A stretch of DNA of 64,000 bases from Paraspadella gotoi (taxonomy: Eukaryota; Animalia; Chaetognatha): positions 19,342,656 to 19,406,655 of the forward strand of contig CM119263.1 in the NCBI GenBank assembly GCA_051294375.1. Direction: 5' to 3'. A program made the position numbers and the translations under genes. Positions 41,401 to 53,670 of the stretch are shown here, one piece after another (position 1 is the stretch's first letter; each line of letters opens with the position of its first letter). A model generated the notes under the pieces. It was not told where the DNA came from and did not search any database. It saw nothing but the letters and a program-made list of their open reading frames with translations.

Positions 41401-42224
41401 TCGGTCCCGTCTTTTCGGCCGGCGCCCGGTTTCGCGGCGCCGGCGACTACGACGTCGTCTTTCAGCTCCGTCAGCATCCTCCCTAGCACTTCGTCCGCCT
41501 CCAGCCTCGGCCTTTCTGCCAACTCAACGGCCGCCTTGGCCTCGCCCCCGAGCGCGACCGCAGCGCCGGCATCAGCCTTACCTCAGTCGGCGCTTCAGCT
41601 TCAACAAGCTTTGGGTGAGTTGTTTCGGCCAGAAATCAGGATTAGATTAGGTGAGAGACTTAAGTCATAACATGTTTAGTGAAAAATGTCTTAATTGTTC
41701 TGCTTAGGCTATCCAAGCTATGGTTCCCAATCCACAACGGTCAACCCGTACAACGTCTATGGAGGCCAGTCGAGCGGCGGTGCGAATGCAGCCTCCGTCG
41801 GCTCCGCCTCCCCTTACGGATCCTACGGTGTCCAGGGATCCAAGTTGACGCTGACACCGGACGTGTCGACGGACGCCACCACGGCGTCACTTTATGGCGA
41901 CCCTTCCGTCGTCGCTGGCATCGCCCAAATGCCGTTAGCGCCGCTGCAGAACCAAGTATCAAGCGCCAATAACCTGACTAACAGCGCATCGCTGGACTCT
42001 GTCAACTCGGGTAAGCGATACGGGAGATGAATTATACTTTATAAAGTAAGAATTTTTACTTAACTCTTTTGGTTCACCCGACTAATTTCTCTTCCCCCAA
42101 TATCAAGTTTGACTTCCTCAGCTTGCCCCTTTTCCATTTGTCTTCTTTTCTCCTCTTTCCGCGAATCCGAAAGTTCCAAACAAAGAAAATCCGTTTCGCT
42201 CTTCTTTGTTCGCGAAGCGCTTGC

Positions 42225-42263
<39 letters not shown>

Positions 42264-42404
42264 TGCGCTCGCGGCCTTTAATCAATTCAGGCGAGCATTC
42301 AGCTTTTCGCGCATCATGGTTTTTTCTTTCACCATCCTCCTACCCACATGACTCTTTTTCCACTCCCCCCTTTTCATCTTCTCCATTCGCGACGCGTCGT
42401 TTCT

Positions 42405-42439
<35 letters not shown>

Positions 42440-44172
42440 GCGCTGAGTCAGCGCCTTGAACCTCTGCCAATGGCAGCGAGCGTCGATCAGACTTTCTTTG
42501 TTCTTCGAAAAGCGTGAGATGACGCTCTCCCTCCCTCTCCGACTCTATTCTTACCCTCCCTCCCTCCTGTGCAACTATGCAACTATGCCACAAAGAGGAT
42601 TTCTTAGGCAAAGTCTGCCTTCCGATTCCATTAGCTGCAATCCTTTTCGGAAGAAGTTTTATCCGATTCCACATCGAGGCGGCCTCTCCGATTTTTTCTC
42701 CGCCTCCTTATCTTGTTAACTCCATATCTTTTCGTTCATCCATCTCTTTCCTTTTTTTCGCCCTTTCCCCATTTCCCCATTTCCATCTCTGTTCTTTTTT
42801 TACTCAGCGATCGGTTCGCTTCTGCAGATCCGAATCCACTTCGTGTTTTCTTTGTTTGGGTCGCTCCGCTGTTAGAGCAGCTGCGGCTGCTTTTCCTCTT
42901 CCTCTTCTTTCCTCCTCAGCAGCTGCGACTGAAGCGTTCGAGTCTCGTCTGTTACTCATCGGTTTCTTTTTTTGTCTTTTTATTGCCCCATAGGTTTAGG
43001 TGCTGCGACTGCTAATGCTGCTGCCGCCACTGCAGTTTCCGCGTCGTCATCGTCGCTGCAGCAGCAGCAGCAGCTGATAGGAGATGCGTCGGCGGCTACG
43101 TCGTCGTCAGCGACTCCCGCCACAACGACCACGGCGTCGGTAGTCGGCGGCGGTCCCGGCGGCGGGGTGGGAAGCGCGCTGCCGATAAGTTCGACGGCGT
43201 CATCGTCGGGCCTCTCTTCAGCGCTCGGTTTTGGCACGACGATCAGCGCTGGCGCCTCCAAAGCGCCACCCAACCTGCAAATGCAAATCATGAACCATCA
43301 GTATCTCATGGGCCACGGCATGCCGCAGTTCGCCTACGTGAGTTCCGCGCTTCTTTTTCTTGTTTGCGCGGGAAGAAAAGATCACGCAGCAAAATGAGTT
43401 ATGATGGAAAGAAAAGATGAACGAATGAATGAACTTTATTTATTAGCACTAACTGTTAGGAATCAGGAAAATATAATGATATTTAAAAACTAGTAAAACT
43501 ATTTTAAGGGCCACCCCCCAAATTTTTCTTTCCCCTCGCTTTTTCAACAGGGCTTACCTCAACAACCCATGGCTCCCGCATATGGCTACGAGGACATTTC
43601 CATGATGCCACAGCGATTTCCAATGGTGAGTCACCGTCCTGAGTAAATAAGTTTGGATGGATAGAGAGGATTTTTTTTTTTTTTTTTTTGGTGAAGGTTT
43701 CTGCTTCTCTTTTGAGCTTACATGTACCAGTTTTAAAATTGCACATGTATTCTTCATTGTAATCATCTGAGCACGATTGTATCAATCTGCCTCTGTCAAT
43801 CAAATTATTAAGTTTCGATTATTTGTATTTTATTATATCCGACGTAGTTATTCGTTTCAGCAAATAAACTCTTGGGTCGCTCATGATTAAATTTGATCAA
43901 TAATCTCTCCGTGCTTTCATGCTTCTATCGGGTTTCTTCCTGTTTCACGCTTAATCTTGCAAATTTTTTTGGTCCCTTCTCATCCCTCGATCGATGTGCG
44001 TCATCTTTTTAAAACACGAACACCCCCTCCCCTTTTGTTCTCCCTTCGGCCCTCGTTCCGCCCGTCGCCCATTCTCCTATGGACGCCAACTTCTTTTGTT
44101 TCTTTTTTTCGTCCGCATCTGATGTGTCGATGAATCTCTCTCCCATCTGTCGTTCTCCACGCTTAATCTCTT

Positions 44173-44237
<65 letters not shown>

Positions 44238-45732
44238 CTCTTTCTCTCTTTCTCTCTTTCTCTCTTTTTTCTGCTATGCCTGACTCCATCACGAACTTCC
44301 GTCATTGCTATCTGCTACACGAAACTTATCGCTCTATTCTTCGAATCTTTCCCTTTTCCACCTCTTTTTATCTTCATCTTAAAATCAAATTAGCCGAGCT
44401 ACTATACCGATCTTCAGTTCCAACCGTCGACCACGATTCACGCGCACTTGGCGGCGACACAAGGGAGAACCCCCAACGGAACTACGACGCCGGGGGCCGG
44501 CGGCGCTGCGGGATCTGCGTCGTCGGGCGGCCCCTCAGGTGGGGGGACGGGACAAGCGACGCCAGGAGTGCCAACTTCAAACACCGACGCCAGTGGCGGA
44601 TCTGCCTCAATTTATGCCAGTTCCAGCGGCGTCGGTCAGTCGAGCACCGACAGATTCTCGACGCGCAATGGAGACGACGCTTCACCGGCACCGACAGTTG
44701 CTATCTCGACGGCGCCATCGGGGGCTGGTGGCGTCACTACACCGACGCAACCCTTCATCAACACAGCCCTCCCCCCGGGTTACGCTCATGCATACGGCGC
44801 TACGGCGTTCCCGACCTACATGATGCCGCAGTACGGACAATACGCGGCCCCGATGTATCCCGCCGTAAGTTTGGGTGAATCTATCTATCATAAAAATTTA
44901 TCTTCTTTAAACCTTTTGCTAATCTTTGGCTCCCTAGATGCCTCCGGTTACGAACAATCATTCCGCTTCCGGTTATGGAAAAAGCTTCTCGGCGGGCGCG
45001 TCTTTTGCGACCGGCGCCGGACGCTACGATCACGGCGACAGCCTTTCTAGCGGCGACTATAAATCTGCCTATGGCACTTCTGGGTCACTATCCACCTCGG
45101 CTGGGAAATTGTCATGTAAGTTGACCTGATAATTGTCATGTAAGTTGACCTGGAAATTCCAGCCATATAGCTATGTTAACGTTAATTTTTCCAGCATCTT
45201 CTGTGAATTCCACGGTCGGCGATTCTCTTAGCGGCGGTTCCTCTGCCTACGCCTCCTCGGCGGCGACGGGTCAATCCTCCTCCAAGACCTCGCTTCAAAT
45301 TCAACAGCAGTCGGCAGGGGGTTTTGGTTCGGACGGCGGTAAGGTGGCGGCCGTGGCGGGCCAGGCCTACCACCACCCGCACCACGCTGCCAACACTCCG
45401 CCGCCCCCGAGCGCTATGGCCTATCTGGCAGGGCTGGCGGCCGCTGGCGGGCAGACGCTGGGCGGGGCGCCCGTGGCGGCGCCGCAGGCCTCCGCTTATC
45501 CGTCTTACCTTCCGACGATGATGCATCAGCCGACGGCGGGGCATCACTTACTCCAGCAGCTGCAGCAGGTCAGACCAAGTTAATATTAATAAATTTGATT
45601 CATGGTCGATTATATTTCGATAAATAATTTATTATTTAATTTTATAAGGATACGACTCGTTCAACGCCGAATCAGACGAAGATGTCCGCCGTCAAGCCGT
45701 CTGCTTACGGTTATAACTGGAATTCTAGCTAA
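26433..45732 (+). CDS. UBAP2L: UBAP2/UBAP2L (lingerer) stress-granule protein
   Basis: Exons 26433-26502, 26586-26692, 37226-37336, 37785-37920, then ~38011 onward to the last exon 45649-45732. UBA domain ATTEQIRIAQLI...DIVVALHDANGDTERAITYLLE, RGG region, DUF3697-type PPPSTKIPSSAVEMPG...LELQFGALEFGS, and a Y/P/Q-rich C-terminus ending SAYGYNWNSS*. Confidence 0.92.
26940..27501. mobile_element. Nested fold-back MITE
   Basis: Long imperfect inverted arms: TCTTGCAAAGTTTCTCATTCCAA vs TTGGAATGAGAAACTTTGCAAGA, ACCACTTCCGGTT vs AACCGGAAGTGGT, and CTCCCAGAAATATC vs GATATTTTTGGGAG. Confidence 0.75.
27875..28727. mobile_element. Inverted Penelope-like terminal repeats with hammerhead (full on -, truncated on +)
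   Basis: Inverted repeat ~27875-28045 vs ~28530-28693. The minus-strand core at 27925-27970 is AAATG-CTGATGA-A-GACTC(gaacccaaa)GAGTC-GAAA-CATG-TC. The plus copy at 28620-28636 is truncated. The right arm has a tail ACAACGAAAAAGAAAGGATTATCAC. Confidence 0.72.
29891..31334. mobile_element. Non-autonomous DNA transposon (TIR element)
   Basis: Left CAGGGTTCGGACTTAAAACTTACCCCCC, preceded by TA; right GGGGGTAAGATTCAAGTCTGGACTCTG. Confidence 0.55.
30078..34905. repeat. Approximate direct duplication across an N-gap (likely assembly/haplotype artefact)
   Basis: ~31315-32402 is nearly identical to ~33877-34905, and pieces of 30078-31090 recur at 32430-33530. Many homopolymer indels; 10-N gap at 32403. 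Confidence 0.7.
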
Positions 45733-48719
45733 AAGTGGGAAGCGCGTCTATCATAGCAAGATATTTTCCACGAGGAAAAACCAGATAAACTTGAAAAAAT
45801 ATAACTATAAAACGATTACGAAACATGTCATTACGGAACCAAAATAATACCAGAAAACAAACTCGGCTTTTTGAAAAGCAAATTTCACTTTAAATAACAA
45901 CAAAAAGAGCCACGTGCGCGTATGTGTTAGTTCTATCGTTTTTTCCCCGCCTCATTGAAAATTTTTTTTTTCGTTCCTAAACGACTTTTCTTTCTCCTTC
46001 GGGGCCGGTAGCCGCACATTCCAAGCTCCCCATAGAGACTATTCTGTCCCGATGGCGGGAAAATTCAAAGCTAAAACACAAAAAATACGAATCCTTTTGT
46101 CACTCTATTTCTATCTCAGTGTGTTTATATACAGTGTAATGTCGTGCAGGCTCTACTCTTGTCGTCCCTCTTTATTCAAATTTACAATAAAAAAACTAAT
46201 AACCGCAGTGATGTTTAAATGCTAGATACGTTGCTGTGCGGTAAGTTTTTTTCGCCGATATGAAATCAGAAAAGCTTCTTTTATTATTTTTTTCCCCCTT
46301 TTTTGTTTTAAGTTTACTCAGCTTTTGTTAGTGTGCGCCGTAATCAGTCTTCAAACGTAAAAAAAAAATCACTTTGATGTTGTTGTAAACCTAAGCTTTT
46401 TTATCCAGATTTTACGTCGCGAATCAAAAGCAATTCGCGGCGGCGCAGTGTCTTTCCCTGCACTCTTTCTTTGTGCATGATGATTATATATATTCATGCC
46501 TAGTCGGGCATCGTTTCTTTTTTCTCTCTATCTCTAACGTTTGTTAAATAAAAGTTATTATAACAATGTCTTTATACGCTGGTCATTGCAGTATAGGTTT
46601 TATTCTCACTTCGTCGTGGCGCGTTTTTATGTATGTAGATCATTTTCCTCGCATAATTGCCTCGATGAAACAGAAACCAGGATTATATGGTAAATATCCT
46701 TTAGAAGACAGTTTAGAAAGAAAAGACCAGTTTTACCCCTGAATGTTACGGCTTTTTAAATAGATTTTAGATCAGACTTTGAAATCAAATTTGTTTGTAC
46801 GAAAAAGATTTTTTCACCAATCGCAAAGCCGCACTTTTCAATTCAACACTAAATTATCCTCATCTATTTGCCATAGTTACTAGAATAGCTTATGTTCATA
46901 CATCTTTGCTTAATCCCGTCGAAAAAGAAAGGACTGATTCCGAACGCAGATCCCTAACTCCGTAAATAAATTAATCAAATATTTGCACGTATCATAGAAA
47001 AATACACTTTGTACAAGGATAAAATGCGAACGCTAATAGTGTTCACGCCACCGGTGATCGTTTTCATTCATGATTCCTTTCGTACCAACACGGCCGTTGG
47101 GGACGGAATTCTCAGCCGTCTCACGCTCGTGCGGAGGCCCCCTTCCCCCCCCCCCACAAAAAAGAAGCGAGCGTAGATCCTTTTCATTTTCCTTCCTCCA
47201 TCTTTCTTTCTCAGCAAATTTAATGGGGGTTTTTGTGCTTACGTGTAGAATCATTTCTCAATCAATCCCCATTTTAGATGGTTTATTCTCATGAACAGCA
47301 GTTGTAGTAATTCTTGACTAAATGTTTGTGTTATCTACTCTGTAATACTATCATCATCATTATTATTACAAAGATTAAAATAAAATAATGCATTAGAACC
47401 CTTTTTGAGCTAAACAAATCTTTGGTTTTATTTTTTTTTGTTTCCGATTCATCAGACAAAATTTATTCACAACACATCTCGGTCGTTCGTCTGTATTAAC
47501 TTTGGAATGTCGCGTCCCGTAGACGTTTTTAGAAGACTGACAAAAATTATTCATTTTCACTTCCACAATTCTCAATTGTTTGTCCTCAATCTTCTTACCC
47601 TCCAGACTGAATTTGCAGGTTCGAACGATACCCGTTACCGCGACCATTGGTTTCGAGACGTGTTTCGTTATGGATACCTGGATATCTTTTGAGAGCTTTT
47701 TTAAAATTTTTTTCTAAATCTTTAGCCCGATTTTATTTTTGCAGACGTTTTTTGTGCCTTATTTCAGTTATGACGACAAAAGACGACGCAGCATTTCCAT
47801 TATTCGCTCTCGAACGATTTTGGTTTTTGAATTATCCCCACCCTCCTTTGTGCTCGATCTTCTTTAATCATTCTCTAAAAAATCATCGACCGACCATGAA
47901 CGGCTTTGGTAACGTTTCGTATTTAGTTCAAACCCCTTTTATCTCACTCTAGGGCAACAAAAAACAATCCTTGGTTATACATCTAAATCCTTGGTAATAT
48001 TTACAGAAAATAAAACACGAATTTCCCAAATGATATTTACGGCTTTTTTCTTTTTGTTTGTGTTTCTTTTCGATGCGCCGCAACGTCCTATCGCAAGCCG
48101 AAGATAGAATACGCGAAATGTAACAAAAGCGTTAACTTTATTTGGTACCTAGTTCCTATTTGAAGAGACGTTGTTGTGGATCTGATAAAGACAATGTTGT
48201 ATGATTTAAGTATATTTGTTATAAATATTACTACAAGCCATGTGAAATAAACTTCATATAAATGGTCCCGTTTTCGTAACTACATTAACGCTTAGTTCGT
48301 TAAAAAATTGCTATAAGTTAAGGTGCAATTAAAAAAGACGTAAAAAGATTTAAAATAGGTAGTTAGTAGGATAAGCAGATTAAAATTCAAATGACTAATA
48401 AAAGCCAAATGGCAAAAAAAATAAAATTAACTATCTGATAATCTACCGATTGAACATCGAAATCTTAGTAAATTTGCTTCCGTGGGTAAAGTTTTTTAAT
48501 TCAATTAACAAATCAAGGAATATACATGTAAGTTTAACTTTAACATGTGCTTGTCAGGGTGAAATTTGCTGAAGCAGACAAATGTCATTAGCTAGACCGT
48601 CGGTAAATGATGTAAGCCTTTTACTACAATATCATGAATATTTACAAGACTTTTCAGCTTTAAGGTAATTAAACGCATAGCTGTGCAAGTTGAGAAAGAC
48701 TTGCACTTCCGCCTGAAGT

Positions 48720-50456
48720 TCAGGGATTTCCAGACGTAGACAAAGTAAAATCGACCGAAAAGTTATTATTCACTCTTCCGAAAACACTAAAATTGCTGTA
48801 GTTAAATTTTAGGATTTTAAATCTTATATTGTCCAAATAGATGGAGCCAAATAGTCTGTAAAACTTTTTTCCCAATTGACGGTCGATGGCGTTGATAGAA
48901 TCGAGCAGAAGTGGCGCCTCTGCTGCAGGAAGGTATCGCCCGTTCGATAAGGCGAAAGCGTCATACTCTTGTTGATAATTTTCCAAAAGTGGCAGCAACT
49001 TAATGGAGGATTGGTAATCGACAAACGTTGAGCCAAAGACGTAATTTCTCCAGTTCATAAAGATCGCGACGTGACGAGTAGAGTGGCTGAAATTACGGAC
49101 GATTTTGTAAGTTTCGTCCGGAGTCAGATAATCGAGGCAATTTGACCAATGGACCAAGTTTGGTTCTTCTTTTGCAAGGTTTTTTATTAATCTTTCGTTT
49201 TTGGTAGAAATCTCTTCACACATGAATTGGCATGTAATTTGGCCATTTTTGAGACGACGCTTTAATGCTGTAGCCTTGTCAATCAGCTTTCGTTCAAATG
49301 CAGCAAGAACAGTGTCGTCGTCGTCGAGCTGAAGGCTAGCTGCAATCGTATCGTAAATGTTTTCATTGTCGAACCGTGTCATTGAATACGGTTTTGTTAC
49401 GTCCCCTGACGTTACATTTCCTGATTCAGCAGAGCTTTCAGAAATGAAGACGGCCCCAACTGAGAGATAGCGAGCATATTCTATGCGATCCTTCTTGCGA
49501 GCTAAAAAAGACATTTGAGTCAAAACGCCATTCCTGTCAGTGCCAAATAGTTGTTTCCTTCGCCATTGAGATATGCCTTCTTCCGGTAAAAGATTAAGGT
49601 CCAGCCACATACGCAAAATAGAATATAGTTTGGAATCTTGCATGTACTTTAAAGCCATCTTAGCACAGCACATGCGAAATTCTAACAACGTTTGTTTTTC
49701 CCACACGGAAGAAAACATGACTTGCAGGATGCTTTTTGAGCGGCAATTTTCCATCATCATTGAATGAACGACTATGCTTTTTGCAACGCAAACAGGGGAC
49801 ATGTCGACAGCTATCAGTTTGAACGGAGTACCGGATGATTCTGTTGGTGGATCTTCCATCGTGGTCATAATTAACTGGTGGAGATCCTGAAATCCTATCA
49901 TAATCATAGTTTCCCCCATTCGTAACGGAATTTCCTCGATAGAATTGTTGCGCATGGTATGAAACCGGGAGTCACCGACAGCATAACGATCCCGAACCCA
50001 AGGTCCGACGTCCCCAATGGATGGACCATTTTCTATAAATGACGCAAAAGCCGGATCTAAAAGTTTATTGCGCCAACGTCTCATAGAATTTATGCCACAC
50101 CGTTCAGAATCGATTTGCACACTTGCCAGTAAGTGATAACTTGGCAACACCTGATTTAAGCTTTTACGACAGCGGGAGAGATTTTGGAAGTGTTCATTGT
50201 CCCGAGGATGAGCCTTCTTGTATTCTTCGTCGAACTCGAAAATTTTTTTATTTTTCAAATTGTCAAAGACCGAATCAAGCGATACCGGATGGGTTGCAGC
50301 CCTGCAATCATTCTTGTGACGCTTTTTCCAATCTTGGCTCTGGCACTCCTTGTCGCAGTATTTCACCGATTTGCAACGAGCGCAACTTAACAGTCGAGTC
50401 GGTTCGACAACTTTTAAGCAACTTTCATTGGCACATTGGTCGAGGTTTATCTCCAT
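48720..50456 (-). CDS. Intronless zf-MYND domain protein, paralogue 1 (578 aa)
   Basis: CANESC...CARCKSVKYCDKECQSQDWKKRHKNDC is a MYND finger, followed by a ~500-aa globular region homologous along its length to 51970-53670. Confidence 0.9.
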   Translation of the reverse strand: MEINLDQCANESCLKVVEPTRLLSCARCKSVKYCDKECQSQDWKKRHKNDCRAATHPVSLDSVFDNLKNKKIFEFDEEYKKAHPRDNEHFQNLSRCRKSLNQVLPSYHLLASVQIDSERCGINSMRRWRNKLLDPAFASFIENGPSIGDVGPWVRDRYAVGDSRFHTMRNNSIEEIPLRMGETMIMIGFQDLHQLIMTTMEDPPTESSGTPFKLIAVDMSPVCVAKSIVVHSMMMENCRSKSILQVMFSSVWEKQTLLEFRMCCAKMALKYMQDSKLYSILRMWLDLNLLPEEGISQWRRKQLFGTDRNGVLTQMSFLARKKDRIEYARYLSVGAVFISESSAESGNVTSGDVTKPYSMTRFDNENIYDTIAASLQLDDDDTVLAAFERKLIDKATALKRRLKNGQITCQFMCEEISTKNERLIKNLAKEEPNLVHWSNCLDYLTPDETYKIVRNFSHSTRHVAIFMNWRNYVFGSTFVDYQSSIKLLPLLENYQQEYDAFALSNGRYLPAAEAPLLLDSINAIDRQLGKKFYRLFGSIYLDNIRFKILKFNYSNFSVFGRVNNNFSVDFTLSTSGNP

Positions 50457-51082
50457 TTTTATCTTCGAGAGTTATAATGAAAACAAAAAGTTTGAATTTT
50501 TAGATCCTTAGGGTAAGAATAAAACATGACATGACACATAAGACAAAATAAAAAAGTACAAAGCGATTAAATACGAGTCCAAAAAGCTAAGGCCTGAGTT
50601 TAATTATTAGTGTTACAATCACGATTATTTTTTTCATAAATGAAATGAAATCAATTAGCTCGAATAAAATTTGTTTTAATTTGTAGTTATTTAATAGAAA
50701 ATACGACAAAACCACAATAACCACATGAATATAATACATCTATTGGGGAAAAGAAAAGTTTATTAGATTTTTTTCCTTTTCTTTAACTGAGAAGCAATCA
50801 CAGAAAAACTGATCCGATTAAAAGCATATTATATCAGCTTTAAACTAGCCTGAGAATCAATTCATGTCTTCTATTTAAACGTATTATTTATCAAATATTT
50901 AAATAAATAGTCCAGCAAAACCAAAGCAAATGGTTGGAAGATCAAATGCAAGTAGAAAATTTTAAAAAAAGGGTTTAAAATTCAAATAAATTAGCTATTC
51001 ATAATGATTATTGGTAAATAATCAGAATCATCTATTAAAATATATAGCAGCTGAAATTATATTTAATTGAACTTTCAGTTTA

Positions 51083-51840
51083 CAGTCCTGTGCAAAAATA
51101 AGAGGACACCCAAAAACATTGTACAAATAAATCAGAACTCTTTTCCGAAAGTACCCCCTTTTCTCTTCGTTTTTTGTTTTATTTTTTCATTTTTACCAAC
51201 CTGGGATAGGGGGGGTTTTGGGTTATGGGTGGTTTCGGGTTAGGAGTGGTTAGAGTTTAGGGTTAGGGTAAATAGGTAATATTTTTTTATAATTTGTTTT
51301 AAAAATAAATATTTTTAAATGTTTTTTTCAAAAGACGCCAAAATCGGCGAAAGTAAAATTTTGCCGGCGGGGTCAGGGGGGCGAGTCGGCGGTGGCGTCG
51401 CCTGCGGAGGCGATGGTGATCGAATCCACAAATTAAAGAAGCTTGAATTTACATTTAATATAAAAATAAAAAACATAACTAAACATTACAAATTTATTTT
51501 TTGTTTTTTCCTTTAAACTCATTTCCACTCGGACGATTCAATCGAAACTTTTTTCCAGCTCAATCACACACTTTCCTACCCACATACAGAATTTTAAGTC
51601 AATCGCCCCATCCATGGACGGACGAACAACATAACATAACAACATAATTAATCATTATGATTATTCGATGTTCTGACATGATCTAAGTGAATGATCGACA
51701 AGATTGTGGGGGCGGACGACGGACCGACAATAAAAATTATAGAGCCGGGATATGCTGTAAGCAGATCCGGCTCATAACTTTTCTAAATACATGCATAAAA
51801 CGCGCGCAATTTAACAGTGTCTTTTTTTTTCACGGGACTG
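51083..51840. mobile_element. Tc1/mariner-type MITE between the MYND paralogues
   Basis: TA-CAGTCCTGTGCAAAAATAAGAGGACAC at the left end and GTGTCTTTTTTTTTCACGGGACTG at the right end. An internal GGGTTA-like tract lies at ~51221-51270. Confidence 0.65.
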
Positions 51841-51969
51841 TTTAGTGTATACAAGGTATATAGATATATAAATAGATACATACTATACGTAATATCTAAT
51901 AAAAATTTGAGAAAAGGTTTAGAAAACACTAAATTGATGGAAGTTTCATTAAACATTCTCTCCTAATCT

Positions 51970-53670
51970 TTATTTTAATGCAAATCGAACAGTAAAGCAG
52001 TTACCGACTCGTCCAAATATGCTAAAGTCAGAGTATTTGGTGCTAATGATTTTAAAACTCTCGTTATCTAGATAGACGGATAAAAATACCGAGAAAAACT
52101 TTTTTCCCAATTGACGATCGATTTCATTTATGCTGTTCAACAGCAAAGGTGCCTCCGCTGCCGGAAGAAAGCGAGGGCGAGTTTCCGCGAATGCAGCGTA
52201 CTCTTGGTGAGATTCCTCCAACAGAGGAAGCAAGTCTTTTGATGCTGAGTAATCGACGAAAGTCGAACCAAAGACAAGCTTTCGCCAATTCATAAAGAGC
52301 GCGACATGTTCGGTTTCGACGTTGCTGATATCCGTTATAATTTCATAGGCGTGCTCTGGCAACAAATAATCTAAACAATTCGACCAATAAACGATGTCTG
52401 GTCTTTTTCCCTTAATTAACTGCGATAATGCTTTATTTGATGCTGATACTTCACAGAGTAAAAATTCACAATCGATGTGCCCTTTAATTAACCTTCTCTT
52501 TAAATCGTTAGTTTTATTTGTTAGTTTTTCTTCCAATGCTTCGAGAATAGTGCCATGTCTATTCAGTTGTGTTCCAGGTGAAATCGTATCGTAAATATTC
52601 TCGTTTTCCATGCGTTTCGAAGGATTTGGATTGGGTGGGTCTACAACGGTAGGATTTCCATACTGTGCATCCTTTTCAGAGACAAAAACAATTCCGTTTG
52701 ATAAATAACGGGCATACTCTACGCGGTCTTTTTCATTAGCTAAAAAACTCATTTGATTAAAAACATTATTTCTACCGCTCTGGTATGACTGAAATTTTTT
52801 CCAATTATCAATACCCTCGCTAAGATTAATCCTTGTCTCCTGCCACGTTTGCAGGATCGAATCTAATATTGGCTCGTTAAGATATTTAAGTTCCACTTTT
52901 GCACAACACATGCAAAACTCAAGAAGAGTCTCTTCGTCCCACGCAGAGGAAAACATTACTTGCAAAATACTTTTCGATCTACAATTCTCCATCATCATGG
53001 AGTGAACCACAAGGCTTTTGGCGATGCAAACTGACGACATGTCGATGGCAATTAACTTGACAGGATTCGTAAAGTTGGTCGGTTCTGGTCCATCCAGGGT
53101 CGACATGATCAACTGGTGTAGATCAAAAAAGCCGATCATGACTATCGTATCACCCATTCGGATTTTCAAGTCATCAATAAAATTATTGCGCATAGTTTGA
53201 AAAAGTAAATCGCCAGCTAAATATCGGGAGTCGACCCAGGGGCCGATTTGCCCCACCGACGGTCCTTTTGCCACAAATGCTTTAAATTTAGGATCGAGGA
53301 AATTGAGCCCCCATCTTTGAAAAGAGTTGATTCCGCTCCTTTCTAGGTCAATCTGACAGTGAGGCATAGTGTGATAAATTGTAATGACATCGGTGGCAAA
53401 ACGTCGACTCTTATTAATATGTTGATAAAATAATCCATCTGAAGGATAGGCTTTCTTGTATTCCTCGTCGTACTTTGGCAGCTTTTTCTTAGTCAAGTTT
53501 AAAAAAACCGACTGAAGAGTTCTACACTTATCTTTGTGCCGACGTATCCAGTCCTGTCGCTGGCATTCTATATCGCAGTACTTTGCTGTTTTGCACCGAG
53601 AGCAATTCAAGAGCTTCGTCGGATCGGTGCCTTTGACACAACCTTCATTGATGCACCTTGTGATTGACAT
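51970..53670 (-). CDS. Intronless zf-MYND domain protein, paralogue 2 (566 aa)
   Basis: CINEGC...CSRCKTAKYCDIECQRQDWIRRHKDKC. It shares SMMMENCRSKSILQVMFSS, WSNCLDYL, FMNWR and LPAAEAPLLL with paralogue 1. Confidence 0.9.
   Translation of the reverse strand: MSITRCINEGCVKGTDPTKLLNCSRCKTAKYCDIECQRQDWIRRHKDKCRTLQSVFLNLTKKKLPKYDEEYKKAYPSDGLFYQHINKSRRFATDVITIYHTMPHCQIDLERSGINSFQRWGLNFLDPKFKAFVAKGPSVGQIGPWVDSRYLAGDLLFQTMRNNFIDDLKIRMGDTIVMIGFFDLHQLIMSTLDGPEPTNFTNPVKLIAIDMSSVCIAKSLVVHSMMMENCRSKSILQVMFSSAWDEETLLEFCMCCAKVELKYLNEPILDSILQTWQETRINLSEGIDNWKKFQSYQSGRNNVFNQMSFLANEKDRVEYARYLSNGIVFVSEKDAQYGNPTVVDPPNPNPSKRMENENIYDTISPGTQLNRHGTILEALEEKLTNKTNDLKRRLIKGHIDCEFLLCEVSASNKALSQLIKGKRPDIVYWSNCLDYLLPEHAYEIITDISNVETEHVALFMNWRKLVFGSTFVDYSASKDLLPLLEESHQEYAAFAETRPRFLPAAEAPLLLNSINEIDRQLGKKFFSVFLSVYLDNESFKIISTKYSDFSIFGRVGNCFTVRFALK

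Noticed and set aside
40644-45547. Antisense and alternate-frame ORFs over UBAP2L (likewise over SAS-6 and the MYND genes)
   Set aside because: These are shadow ORFs of GC-rich coding exons or microsatellite translations.
47589-47692. Exon-like segment TEFAGSNDTRYRDHWFRDVFRYGYLDIF*
   Set aside because: There is no recognisable homology and no upstream exons to connect it to.
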